Assembly (NCBI GenBank): GCA_963803435.1
Contig: CAWDML010000001.1
Location: 2,016,001 to 2,080,000, forward strand
Reading direction: 5' to 3'
Origin: an uncultured delta proteobacterium
GTDB taxonomy: Bacteria; Myxococcota; Kuafuiibacteriia; Kuafuiibacteriales; Kuafuiibacteriaceae
DNA: 64,000 bases
Shown: in pieces, positions 8,844 through 18,488 of the stretch
How positions within the stretch are numbered: the first letter of the stretch is position 1
Layout: every line of letters starts with the position of its first letter
The notes under the pieces: generated by a model
Seen by the model: the letters and a program-made list of their open reading frames with translations, nothing else
Databases searched by the model: none
Told to the model about the DNA's origin: nothing
Translations under genes and position numbers: made by a program

Positions 8844-10687
8844 GCTCCGATGGCGGCCTCGAGCGCCGAGGCGGTGAGCTCGGGCACCGAGAGCGCACGC
8901 ACCTCGCTCACCAGCTTCCGCGCGGTCTTGCAGTCCCCCGACTTGGCCAGCTCACCGGCCCAGCGCATCAGCGCGACCGCCAGGTTCTTCTTGATCGAGG
9001 CGTCGGTCGGGCGATGCTGGAGTGCGGCCCGCATCAGCGAGACGGCCTCGGCATAGTCGTTCGCTTCCAGCCGCCGCGCCGCCCGCTCCGTCAGACAGCG
9101 CGAGCGCGCCTTGTCCGGAAACGGGCTCTTCGGATCGAGCGACTGGATCTCCGAGAGATAGGGCTCGGCCTCCGAGCAACGCGCATCTTCTGAGAAGGGG
9201 ATGGCGAGCCGCTCCAGGACCGCGATCAGATTGTGCCGCGCGTTCGGATCCGACGGGAACCGCCGCACCCCTTCCCGGTAGATGTCGGCGGCCTTCTCGA
9301 ACTGATGATCGTCGATCAGCTTGTTGCCGGCCAGGTGCACCACGCGCAGCCGATCCTCCTCGGCGGTCGTGCGCTCCTCGGCGGTGAGCGTGCCGTCCGA
9401 CTCCAGGCGATCGAGATAGCGCACGCTCTTCTGGTAGTCGCCGTGCTTGGCGCTGGTGATGGCGGCCAGGCGCAGCGCGGCGACCCGGTTCTGCTCCAGG
9501 GTGGCCTTGAGCCGCGCGTCGGGCGGGCCCAGCTGCTCCCGGAGCGCCTGCTCGATCGCGTCGACCGCCTCGTCGAACTTGTTCGCGCTGATCCGCAGCC
9601 GAGCCACCTCCGACAGCGCGAACGCGCGCAGGCCGGATCGCTCGGCTGGGGCCAGCCCGAACGAGGCCGCCTCCCCCGCGAGGTGCAGAAGGGCCGCCTC
9701 GTCGCCATGCTCCGCCTCGCTGGCGATCACGCGCTCTGCGGCCGCCCGCAGGTTCTGGAATACGGCTCCGCGGATGCGCGGCTCGCGAGGGTCGAGCTTC
9801 ACGGCCTCTTTCAGAGAGCGGTACGCACGAGCATATCGATCTGGATCGGCGCTGATGATGTCGTCGGCCCCCAGCTGCGAGAGCAGGGCCGCCCGCTGAT
9901 CCCGCAGGATCTGGCGCATGTCGTCCGTGATGGCGAACGCCTCGCCGCGCGCGAACAGCCGCTCGGCGCGCTCCAGCTCGCCCCCCTCCTGCGCGATCGA
10001 GGCCCGGTTGACGTAGATGGTCCCGATCAGGACCACCGTGGTCACGATGGCGCCGCCCTCCGACACGAGGGATCGCGCGTTCTCATCCGTGTGGGGCCCG
10101 GCGACCTTCTGAAGGATCTCACGCTGCTGGGTCGGGTCGGGATCGAACCCGCGCGGCGACGTCGTCTCGACCACGATCTTCCGCAGCCGCTGCTCGGCCT
10201 CCACCGAGAGCAGCGAACGAGCGTGGGTCGGGAGCAGCTGGGCCGCGACGTCGAGCCCGATGCGCTCCGCCACCACGTTGTAGACCACCGCGGAGGAGAC
10301 GCAGTTGAACGCGCGCCGGTCGAGGACGTCCTTGAGCGTGGTGGCGCGCGCGTCGTACTTGCCGCCGAGCGGTCCGCCCTTCGCGTGCAGCAGAGCGAGC
10401 AGCTTCTTGGCGCGCTCGCCCTCGTCGGGGATGCTCTTCAGGCTCTCGGCGATCGGTCCGACCAGCCGCTCGAAGTCGGCGCGGGCCTCCCGGAGCGACG
10501 TCGGGGTCTCGAACCCGGACGCGATCAGGGCCGCGTCCGTGAGGTCGTACGGGCCGAGGTCCTGCTTCTCGACGGCGGCGACCAACGCGTCCACCATCTT
10601 CGGATCATCGCCGGGCTCGGGCCCGCGCGAGGTCGAAGCACACGCGCTCGCGCATGCGATCAGCAACGCTCCGCCGCTCCCGCGCAC
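8834..10687 (-). CDS. Transglutaminase-like (Cys-His-Glu) domain plus TPR putative lipoprotein; start uncertain
   Basis: FNCVSSAVVY...LPTHA...VETT, then TPR helices. The ORF-track N-terminal extension overlaps the opposite-strand gene and was trimmed. Confidence 0.7.
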   Translation of the reverse strand: MRGSGGALLIACASACASTSRGPEPGDDPKMVDALVAAVEKQDLGPYDLTDAALIASGFETPTSLREARADFERLVGPIAESLKSIPDEGERAKKLLALLHAKGGPLGGKYDARATTLKDVLDRRAFNCVSSAVVYNVVAERIGLDVAAQLLPTHARSLLSVEAEQRLRKIVVETTSPRGFDPDPTQQREILQKVAGPHTDENARSLVSEGGAIVTTVVLIGTIYVNRASIAQEGGELERAERLFARGEAFAITDDMRQILRDQRAALLSQLGADDIISADPDRYARAYRSLKEAVKLDPREPRIRGAVFQNLRAAAERVIASEAEHGDEAALLHLAGEAASFGLAPAERSGLRAFALSEVARLRISANKFDEAVDAIEQALREQLGPPDARLKATLEQNRVAALRLAAITSAKHGDYQKSVRYLDRLESDGTLTAEERTTAEEDRLRVVHLAGNKLIDDHQFEKAADIYREGVRRFPSDPNARHNLIAVLERLAIPFSEDARCSEAEPYLSEIQSLDPKSPFPDKARSRCLTERAARRLEANDYAEAVSLMRAALQHRPTDASIKKNLAVALMRWAGELAKSGDCKTARKLVSEVRALSVPELTASALEAAIGACG

Positions 10688-10781
10688 CGGGCCCAAGACT
10701 AGCAGGAGAAGGCGTGGGAGTGCGGCCGTCGGTTCCGGTGGACATCCTCGGGACAGCGAGGGGTAGTCTTCGACGGTCGGA

Positions 10782-11696
10782 ATGCGCGCCCGGGCGACGG
10801 CTCTCCTTCTGGTTCTGGCCGCCGCGCCTCCTGCGCAGGCGCAGGGCATCTCGGCTCGCTTCGGCAACCTGGTCGCGACGCTGGGTGAGGACTTCTCTGC
10901 GCGGATCGAGGTCGCCGATCCGATCGGTGTCGTGGATCGGGTTCTGCTGGAGGCGCGACCCCGGGGCGAGGCGCGCTGGCGGCGGGCCGAGGCGGTCCGC
11001 ACCGGCTCCGGTGACTGGTGGCTGGGCACGTTCACCAGCACGGCGATCTGGTCGGCCGCGGAGGCGCCGGAGCTCCTCGAGCTCCGCGCCAAGGTGTTCG
11101 GCCAACGAGGCGGCGTGCTCCTCGACGTCGGCGCCGCCGATCCGCTCGAGGTCCCGGTGCTCACCAAGCCGGAGGTCGAGGAGCGGGAGCGGGTCTTTCG
11201 CGCCTACGCCCGGGGCCCCGAGCAGGAGGAGGAAGGGCTCTTCTGGCTCACCGGGTACGTCGGGACCGAGGGCCGGGTCAACAGCAGCGCGCGCGCCCGG
11301 CTCGTGATCGGCGCCGGTGGGAGCCTCACGGATCTGGTGGAGCTGATCTTCTTCGTCTCGATCGGACCCGCCTTCAGCCCGCCGGCCGAGCTGGAGAGCG
11401 GCGGCCCGATCGTGCTCGGCCCCGAGGCCGCGGTCCGCATCTTCACGCGTCCGCCCTCGCAGTACGACCTCGCGCTCTTCATCGAGCCCAATCTGCAAGT
11501 AGACTTGCGATTTCCGGGCGTCGATCCGGGGGTCGGGCTTCGGGGCGGGCTCTCCTACCGCGCCGGCACCGACATCGCGGTCGAGATCTCCTTGGGCGGG
11601 GCGGCGCTGTGGATCGCGCCGGACGTCGGCTTCGCCGGGACGCTGCGGCTCGCGCTCCGCTTCGGAGGGCCGAGGCTCGCGGAGGCACGTCCTTGA
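10782..11696 (+). CDS. Secreted protein with C-terminal beta-barrel-like region
   Basis: Signal peptide AQAQ; alternating beta-strand pattern in the C-terminal half. Confidence 0.65.
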   Translation: MRARATALLLVLAAAPPAQAQGISARFGNLVATLGEDFSARIEVADPIGVVDRVLLEARPRGEARWRRAEAVRTGSGDWWLGTFTSTAIWSAAEAPELLELRAKVFGQRGGVLLDVGAADPLEVPVLTKPEVEERERVFRAYARGPEQEEEGLFWLTGYVGTEGRVNSSARARLVIGAGGSLTDLVELIFFVSIGPAFSPPAELESGGPIVLGPEAAVRIFTRPPSQYDLALFIEPNLQVDLRFPGVDPGVGLRGGLSYRAGTDIAVEISLGGAALWIAPDVGFAGTLRLALRFGGPRLAEARP

Positions 11697-12514
11697 ATCG
11701 CTGGGCGATCGCCGCCGGGTTCCTGCTCGGCGTCGCAGCCGGCGCCGGCGCCGCCGAGCTCGCGGGTCGGCCTCCGCTCGACAAGGACGGCCGTCCCGTC
11801 ACCATCGGTCGCTTCCGCCTGCGGACCTATCCCAAGGGCGCCCGGGTCTGGGTGGACGGCAAGCTCACGGTCGAGAGCACGCCCGCGACGCTCATCCTCG
11901 AGGACGGCGAGTACCACCTCTTCATCCAGGCCCCCGGTGCGCAGGGGATCGAGCAGGTCATCCGCGTCGAGGCCGGCGCCTCCCGATCGCTCGATCTCCG
12001 GATACCGCCGCCCGCGCCCTCCTCGATCACCGTGCTCTCCGACGTCGAGGAGGCCGAGGTCCGCGTCAACGGGTACAAGCGCGGTGTCACGCCCATGCTC
12101 TACGCGTCCACCAAGCCGGGCACCATCGACGTCACGGTCACCGATCCCGGCGGCCGCGCCCGGAGCGTCGGCGCCGAGCTCTCGATCGGCGAGAGAAAGT
12201 GGCTGGAGGTCTTCTTCGACGACAACCAGAGCCGACCGCCGGAGCCCGAGGAGAAGCTGAATCCGCTCCAGTGCCACCCGCGCGAGGCCGGCTGGCTGAC
12301 GCTCGGCCTCGAGCCGAAGGGGCTCGTGGAGACCGACGCCGGCGAGAAGCTGGGAGAGACGCCGCTCGTGGACCGGGAGATGCCGCCGGGGATCCACAAC
12401 CTGATCCTGAGATCGAAGGACGGGAAGTTTCAGAAGAGCGTGTCGATCGAGATCCAGGCCAACGAGCGGGCGGTCTATCGGTTCATGATGACGGCCGAGG
12501 ACGCGATCCGGTGA
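11693..12514 (+). CDS. PEGA domain membrane-anchored protein
   Basis: TTG start overlaps the upstream stop; TYPKGARVWVDG, AEVRVNG..GVTP and GETPL PEGA repeats. Confidence 0.8.
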   Translation: MNRWAIAAGFLLGVAAGAGAAELAGRPPLDKDGRPVTIGRFRLRTYPKGARVWVDGKLTVESTPATLILEDGEYHLFIQAPGAQGIEQVIRVEAGASRSLDLRIPPPAPSSITVLSDVEEAEVRVNGYKRGVTPMLYASTKPGTIDVTVTDPGGRARSVGAELSIGERKWLEVFFDDNQSRPPEPEEKLNPLQCHPREAGWLTLGLEPKGLVETDAGEKLGETPLVDREMPPGIHNLILRSKDGKFQKSVSIEIQANERAVYRFMMTAEDAIR

Positions 12515-12518
12515 CGGC

Positions 12519-14127
12519 TCACCGCCGACTGCCGAACTTCAACGGGATCCCGTACCGCTTCAGCCGATCGTGAAAGGTGCTCTTGCTGACGCCGAGAATT
12601 CGGGCGCCCTCCGCCCGGTTTCCCTTCGCGCGATCGAGCGCATCCAGGAGCTGGTTCCGCTCCTCCTCGTCGTGGCGGCGGACCGAGCGGCGGGCGTCCT
12701 TGCTCCGGCTGGTGAAGGCGTCGCGGGAGAACTGGAGATCGTCGACGCCGACGCGGTCGCCGTCCGTCAAGAGGATCGCACGAACGATCACGTTGCGGAG
12801 CTCACGGATGTTGCCCGGCCAGGTGTAGTCGAGGACGGCGTCGCGCGCCTCGGGGGACAGGGCCATCGGCTTGGGCGACTGCGACAGGATGAAGTGCTCG
12901 ACGAGCGCCATGATGTCCTCGGGTCGCTCGGCCAGCGGCGGGATGGGGATCGAGAGCACGAACAGCCGGTGGAACAGGTCCTCCCGGAAGCTGCCCTCGG
13001 AGACCAGCTCCTCGAGGTTGCGGTGCGTGGCCGCGATGATGCGGGTGTCGACGTGGCGCTCCTTGGTGTCGCCGACCCGCCGCACGGTGGAGGTCTCGAG
13101 CACCCGGAGCAGCTTCGGCTGCAGGTCGAGCGGCAGCTCGCCGATCTCGTCGAGGAAGAGGGTCCCGCCGCTGGTCGCCTCGAAGGCGCCCTCCTTCGTC
13201 TCGGTGGCGCCGGTGAACGCGCCTTTCATGTGCCCGAAGAGCTCGCTCTCGATCAGGTTGCTGGAGAGCGCACCGCAGTTGAGCGCGAGGTAGGGCCCGG
13301 AGGCCCGCGACGACTCGTCGTGGAGCGCCCGCGCCACCAGCTCCTTGCCGGATCCGGACTCTCCGGTGATCAGCACCGGCTCCTTGGCGTCCGAGAGCCG
13401 GCGGATCAGGTCGAAGACCCGCTTCATCTTCTCGCCGGTGCCCAGCATCCCGTGGAAGAAGTCGGACGGCTCCGCGCGCTCGCTCTGCTCCGCGGTGAAG
13501 CTGAGGATCTCGTGTCCGAATCTTGATCGTCGCGGGCGTGGGGAGCTCCGACTCGATCACGCGGAGGCCGTTCACCTCCGTGCCGTTGGTCGACTCCAGG
13601 TCCTGGAGGACCCAGCGGCCGGCCTCGTTGCTGATGCGGCAGTGGAACGACGAGACGAAGGGATCCTCGAGGTGGAGCTCGTTGTCTTCGTGACCGCCGA
13701 TGTTGAAGGGCCGGCCCGGCTCGATCGTATGGCGCTGGCCCCGGTGGATCAGCGCCGCCCGGGCGGTCGTGCTCTTCGCGACATCGAGCACGCTGGTCTT
13801 GCCGTACTTCTGCCGATCGGCCTCTCCCGCTCGAATCGAGAGGCGCAGGGCCTGTCGGCCCACCGTGATCCGATCCCCGTCCCCGATGTCGGACTCGTCG
13901 CCTTCGATGCGGGCGCCGTTGAGGAGCACCGCGCCGTCGGTCAGATCGCGCAGGCGGAAGCGCCGGGCCCCGCGATCGATCAAGAGGGCCGCCACCTCCG
14001 GGACCTCGGAGTCCGGCACCACCACGTCGCAGGTTGGATTACTGCCGATGCAGACCTCGGCCCGATCGAGCCGCAGCTTGAGCAGTGGCTCCTCGTCCTT
14101 CAGAAAGACGAGCTCGGCGACGTCCAT
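12519..14127 (-). CDS. FHA-FHA-sigma54-dependent activator (frameshift near 13520)
   Basis: FHA ([16 protein letters not shown]) in one frame; [22 protein letters not shown] and Fis HTH in the adjacent frame. Confidence 0.9.
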
Positions 14128-14200
14128 CCTTCCGCCGAATATAGCTCTTTCGCGGCCGGCGCAAGTCGCATGGCCGCTCGGCCAGGTTCTCTCCCTCTCC

Positions 14201-15118
14201 TCAGGAGCAGACGTGCTCTTCGGGGCAACCGACGTGCTCGATCTGGATCGTCACGTGATCGATGCCGAAGTGCTCGTGCAGCGCGTGCCGGAGCGTCGCC
14301 AGCAGCTCCTGGTGGTCCTCGTCCGGGGCCGCCACCACGTGCCCCGAGAGACACTCGAGCCCCTGCGTGATCGACCAGACGTGGAGATCGTGGACCTCCA
14401 TGACGCCTTGGATCGCCGCCATGGCCTCCCGCACCGCGTCCACGTCGATGTGGCCGGGCGCGCTCTCCATCAGGATGGCGACCGTCTGCTTCATCAGCGG
14501 CCACGACGAGTAGACCACCAGCGCACTGATCACGAGCGACGCGATCGGGTCCGCGACGTACCAACCGAAGGCCCAGACCAGGCCGGCCGAGATCATCGCC
14601 CCGACGCTGCCGAGGGCGTCGGTCAGCACGTGGAGCCAGGCGCCCCGCACGTTGAGGTTGTCCTTGGTCCCCCCGCGGAGGATCAGCAGGCCGATCACGT
14701 TGATCATGAGGCCGCCCGCGGCCACCGACATCATCAGCGGCCCGCGGACGACCGGCGGCGCGCTGAACCGGTCGAGCGCCTCGCTCAGGATGAAGAAGGA
14801 GATCGCCAGCAAGCTGGCCGCATGCAGGAGGGCGGCCAGGATCTCGACCCGGTAGTATCCATACGTGCGCTTCGGGTTTGGGGGTCGCTGTGCAATCCAG
14901 ATTGCAAAGATGGAGAGACCGAGGGCCCCCACGTCGGAGAGCATGTGACCGGCGTCCGCCAGCAACGCCAGGGAGTTGGAGAGGATCCCGCCGGCGACCT
15001 CCGCCAACATGTAGAGTCCGGTGAGCCCGAGGACGATCCCGAGGCGGCGCCGATTGGCGGCCCGCGACCCGCGATCGGCGTGCTCGTGGCCGTGGTGATG
15101 GTCGTGGCCGTGTCCCAC
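14201..15118 (-). CDS. czcD: Cation diffusion facilitator (Zn/Co/Cd efflux)
   Basis: His-rich N-terminus; LLADAGHMLSD, HVLTD and HDLHVW motifs. Confidence 0.9.
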   Translation of the reverse strand: MGHGHDHHHGHEHADRGSRAANRRRLGIVLGLTGLYMLAEVAGGILSNSLALLADAGHMLSDVGALGLSIFAIWIAQRPPNPKRTYGYYRVEILAALLHAASLLAISFFILSEALDRFSAPPVVRGPLMMSVAAGGLMINVIGLLILRGGTKDNLNVRGAWLHVLTDALGSVGAMISAGLVWAFGWYVADPIASLVISALVVYSSWPLMKQTVAILMESAPGHIDVDAVREAMAAIQGVMEVHDLHVWSITQGLECLSGHVVAAPDEDHQELLATLRHALHEHFGIDHVTIQIEHVGCPEEHVCS

Positions 15119-15197
15119 GCTGCCTCAGATTATGCACGATGTGCTCGGAAGTTCGGATGTCTTTGAAAAAGCTGGAGTCGGAAGCCCCCGCCACGAT

Positions 15198-15851
15198 ATG
15201 ACCGGGCCCGTGGCACCCCGGTGGAAGCTCCTCATCGCGATCGCGCTGAGTGTCACGGTGTCCGACCAGCTCTCGAAATTTCTCGCCGTCGAAAATCTGA
15301 CGCCCGGCATCGCCGATGCCTACCTGCAGCCCAAGGGCGAGCGCGTCCGCGACCTCGGACAGCGCGACCAGATCATCGACGAGCTGGGCCTGGGCACCAA
15401 GCTTTCGCTCTTCTTCACCTCGGTGAAGGAGCCCTGCCAGGGCAACCGTCTGTGCCGCGAAGTGAAGGTCATCGACGGCTTCTGGAGCTGGCGCTACGCG
15501 GAGAACAAGGGCGCAGCCTGGTCGCTGTTCGCGCGCGTCGGCGACGCCTTTCGCGTCCCCTTCCTGGTGGGCGTCTCGATCCTGGCCGTCTTCTTCATCA
15601 TCAGCTTCGTGAAGAAGCTCGAGGCGCACCAGCGGATTCTCCTGGTCGCCCTCTGCCTCATCTGCGGAGGTGCCGTCGGCAACCTGATCGATCGGATCTA
15701 CCTCGGATACGTGATCGACTTCATCGACTGGTACGTGGCCGGCCACCACTGGCCGACCTTCAACGTCGCAGACTCTGCGATCACGGTCGGCGTGGGTCTG
15801 ATCGGCCTCAACATGCTGATCGATCACTTCAACAAGAAGGCGACTGCGTGA
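15198..15851 (+). CDS. lspA: Lipoprotein signal peptidase II (copy 1)
   Basis: DQLSK, ENKGAAWS, GAVGNLIDR, VIDF and FNVAD motifs. Confidence 0.92.
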   Translation: MTGPVAPRWKLLIAIALSVTVSDQLSKFLAVENLTPGIADAYLQPKGERVRDLGQRDQIIDELGLGTKLSLFFTSVKEPCQGNRLCREVKVIDGFWSWRYAENKGAAWSLFARVGDAFRVPFLVGVSILAVFFIISFVKKLEAHQRILLVALCLICGGAVGNLIDRIYLGYVIDFIDWYVAGHHWPTFNVADSAITVGVGLIGLNMLIDHFNKKATA

Positions 15852-16453
15852 ATCGCCGGTGGCTCATCCTGGCGCTCGTCGGCACGTCCGTTGCGCTGCT
15901 GGATCAGTCGACCAAGTTCGTCGCCGTCAAGGAGCTCACGCCCGCGTTCGAGCACACCGACGGCCTCACCCATCAGATCGGCCGCTTCTATCGGGACATC
16001 GAGCGACCCTGCCGCAGATACGAGGTCCGCTGTCCCGCGGTCGCGTTCGTGGGCGGCGTGTGGAGCTGGCGGTACGTCGAGAACCCGGGCGCAGCCTGGG
16101 GCCTCCTCGCGGGCGCGGACGAGAAGATCAGGATCCCCTTCTTCCTCCTCATCTCGGTCGGCGCCCTCGCCTTCATCATCACGTTCTTCCGCAAGCTCAA
16201 CGACGACCAGCGCCTCTTGATCCTCTCGCTCTCGCTGGTGTTCGGAGGCGCGATCGGCAACTTCGTCGACCGCCTCCACCTGTCGTACGTCATCGACTTC
16301 ATCGACTGGTACGTCGGCTCGTCGCACTGGCCCACCTTTAACGTCGCGGACGCGGCCATCAGCGCGGGCGTCGGTCTCCTGGTCCTCGAGTGGATCCAGG
16401 CCGCGAGCAAGAGCCGGGCGGAGGCCTCGTCGCCCGAGGAATCATCGGCGTAA
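15848..16453 (+). CDS. lspA: Lipoprotein signal peptidase II (copy 2)
   Basis: GTG start overlaps the copy 1 stop; DQSTK, ENPGAAWG, GAIGNFVDR, VIDF and FNVAD motifs. Confidence 0.92.
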   Translation: MNRRWLILALVGTSVALLDQSTKFVAVKELTPAFEHTDGLTHQIGRFYRDIERPCRRYEVRCPAVAFVGGVWSWRYVENPGAAWGLLAGADEKIRIPFFLLISVGALAFIITFFRKLNDDQRLLILSLSLVFGGAIGNFVDRLHLSYVIDFIDWYVGSSHWPTFNVADAAISAGVGLLVLEWIQAASKSRAEASSPEESSA

Positions 16454-16457
16454 CGTC

Positions 16458-17324
16458 ATGCACCCGGTACTCTTCAACTTCTTCGGCCTCTTCAACGTCC
16501 ATACCTACGGGCTGATGATCGCCCTCGGCTTCATGATCGGGATGCAGCTCGGCACCCGGGAGGCCCGCCGCGTCGACCTCAGCGAGGAGGGTGGCTTCGA
16601 CCAGTTCATTCTGGACCTGACGTTCTGGATCTTGATCGTCGCGATGATCGGGGCCCGGATCCTCTTCATCATCGTCGAGTGGCAGGACGACTACTCCAAG
16701 GACCCCTTCAAGATCTTCAAGATCTGGGAGGGAGGGCTGGTCTTCTACGGCGGCTTCATCGCCAGCGTGCTCTTCTCGATCTGGTACTCGGTCCACAACA
16801 AGCGCGACTTCTTCCTCGTCGCCGACACCCTGATCCCGAGCGTCTCGCTCGGCCACTTCTTCGGTCGCATCGGCTGCTTCGCCGCCGGCTGCTGCTGGGG
16901 CAAGGCCGTCAGCCCCGACTTCCCCTTCGCCGTTCAGTTCCCCCCGGACAGCCTGATCTACAACACGATGCAGCGCACCGGCGTGATCGCCTACGACGCC
17001 ATCGCCACCATCCACGTCCATCCCACGCAGCTCTACGAGTCCTTCGGCGAGCTCTGCCTCTTCTTCTTGCTGCTGTTCATCCGCACCCGCAAGCGCTTCC
17101 ACGGGCACGTCCTCCTGGCCTACCTGTTCCTCTACCCGATCCTCCGCACGAGCATCGAGTTCATCAGGGGCGACAAGGCCCGGGGCGAATATGACTTCTT
17201 CGGCGCGACCATCTCCACCTCGCAGATCATCTCGATCCTCATCGCGACCATCGCGGCGGTGACGCTGGCCTCTCTGCTGCGGCGGAAACGGACCGCGCCC
17301 GCGAGCCTCGGGAGCTCTACCTAG
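16458..17324 (+). CDS. lgt: Prolipoprotein diacylglyceryl transferase
   Basis: YGLM, GARI, WEGGLVFYGG, GRIGCF and HPTQLYE motifs. Confidence 0.95.
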   Translation: MHPVLFNFFGLFNVHTYGLMIALGFMIGMQLGTREARRVDLSEEGGFDQFILDLTFWILIVAMIGARILFIIVEWQDDYSKDPFKIFKIWEGGLVFYGGFIASVLFSIWYSVHNKRDFFLVADTLIPSVSLGHFFGRIGCFAAGCCWGKAVSPDFPFAVQFPPDSLIYNTMQRTGVIAYDAIATIHVHPTQLYESFGELCLFFLLLFIRTRKRFHGHVLLAYLFLYPILRTSIEFIRGDKARGEYDFFGATISTSQIISILIATIAAVTLASLLRRKRTAPASLGSST

Positions 17325-17390
17325 GAGCGTGTAGCGCGTAGCGCTACCGCGAGCCCGGTCCGGGTCCCGGTCCCGGTCCCGGTCCCGATG
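17325..17390. repeat. Left arm of ~70-bp inverted repeat containing (GTCCCG)n
   Basis: Imperfect reverse-complement match to 18328-18394. Confidence 0.85.
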
Positions 17391-17399
17391 CCGATCATG

Positions 17400-17697
17400 C
17401 AGCCCGGCGTGCGTTCATCGGCCTCATCAAGTCGCGTGAGCATCTCGACAACGCGCTTGAGCTTGGCTCTGGCGCCTTGGACCTTCTGCTCGTTGGCGAG
17501 TCAGCGCCTCGAGCAGGTGTGGAGTGAGGCGGCGCTTTCGGTGCCAGAGCGAAGTGCCATCCGGTAGAAGCGAGCCTTCTCAGGTGGATTGAACTCCGGC
17601 GCCCTCGGCGGTGGTGTTCACGATGGAATCGGATGCCCGCCGAAGCTGATCGCGGACGTGAGCGTGACCGGGTTGCAGTTCTTGTGCGATCTCCCAG
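17400..17697 (-). pseudogene. Four-helix-bundle protein (IVS-encoded/TIGR02436-like), 5' truncated
   Basis: DQLRRASDSIVNTTAEGAG, then after a frameshift FNPPEKARFYRMALRSGTESAA...LKRVVEMLTRL, with an internal TGA. Confidence 0.8.
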
Positions 17698-18327
17698 CGG
17701 AGCTCGCTCGCCGTGAATCCCGCCTTGCCCGCATTCGAGAAGCGAAGGCTGCGCTGGAACAGGATGCCGCCAGGCTCGCGCGGAGAAATTGCGCAGGCAA
17801 GCCGAAGAGCAGCAGAGCAAAGCGGATGATGCTCTTGTGGATCGGGTGGAGCAGAAGCGAGCGAGAACTCGAGCCGAGAAGGCAAGAGCGCAGGCTGACC
17901 AGCTCGAACCATCCCCAGACCCAACTGAACGAAATGATGGATGGCCGCATCATCGCGTTCCTGCAAATGTGGACGGCACACCGAGGCCCCACGCTCAGAG
18001 GAACTTCACCGACTCAGACAGCAGGATCATGTTGAAGGAGGGAGCGTACCTCCAGGCCTACAATGCCCAAGTTGTCGTAGATGAGCACGCTCAGGTGATT
18101 GTCGCCGAAGGGGTCAGCAACCAGGCACCTGATCAGCAACACCTCGTCCGTCGAACCGGCGCTCGGACAGATCAAAGCGGCACGAGGATTCCGCCGGTTC
18201 TCGCTCCGCTCCTTCTTCAAGGTACGAGCCGAGTCGACGCTCGTCTGCCTCACCCACAACCTGCTCAAGCTCTACCGATTGAAGCTCGCGACCGTCGCGA
18301 GCGTCTGACTCAAGGCAGCCATCTTCA

Positions 18328-18394
18328 GATCGGGACCCGGACCGGGACCGGGACCCGGACCGGGGTCGCGTGAGCGCTTACGTGCTACACGCTC
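18328..18394. repeat. Right arm of ~70-bp inverted repeat containing (CGGGAC)n
   Basis: Imperfect reverse complement of 17325-17390. Confidence 0.85.
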
Positions 18395-18488
18395 CTAGGC
18401 AACGTCGCCCCGGTAGGCGGGTGTGCCGGCGGGTGCGTGGCCTTCACAGATACGCAACCCAGCCTTCATCGGGTACGCTCCGACTGGG

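Larger units (their letters stand above)
17325..18394 (+). mobile_element. Decayed IS1182-family element with passenger gene; CTAG flanks
   Basis: Transposase fragments LPAELARRESRLARIREAKAALE, NFTDSDSRIM..AYNAQVVVD and VEPALGQIKAARGFRRFSLR; ends GAGCGTGTAGC / GCTACACGCTC; CTAG at 17321-17324 and 18395-18398. Confidence 0.85.

Noticed and set aside
17355-17390. Hexamer repeats as a CRISPR-like array
   Set aside because: No spacers and no cas genes; they are part of the IS inverted arms.
17400-17697. Four-helix-bundle gene as the Avd of a diversity-generating retroelement
   Set aside because: No reverse transcriptase or TR/VR repeat pair seen; the context is an IS.
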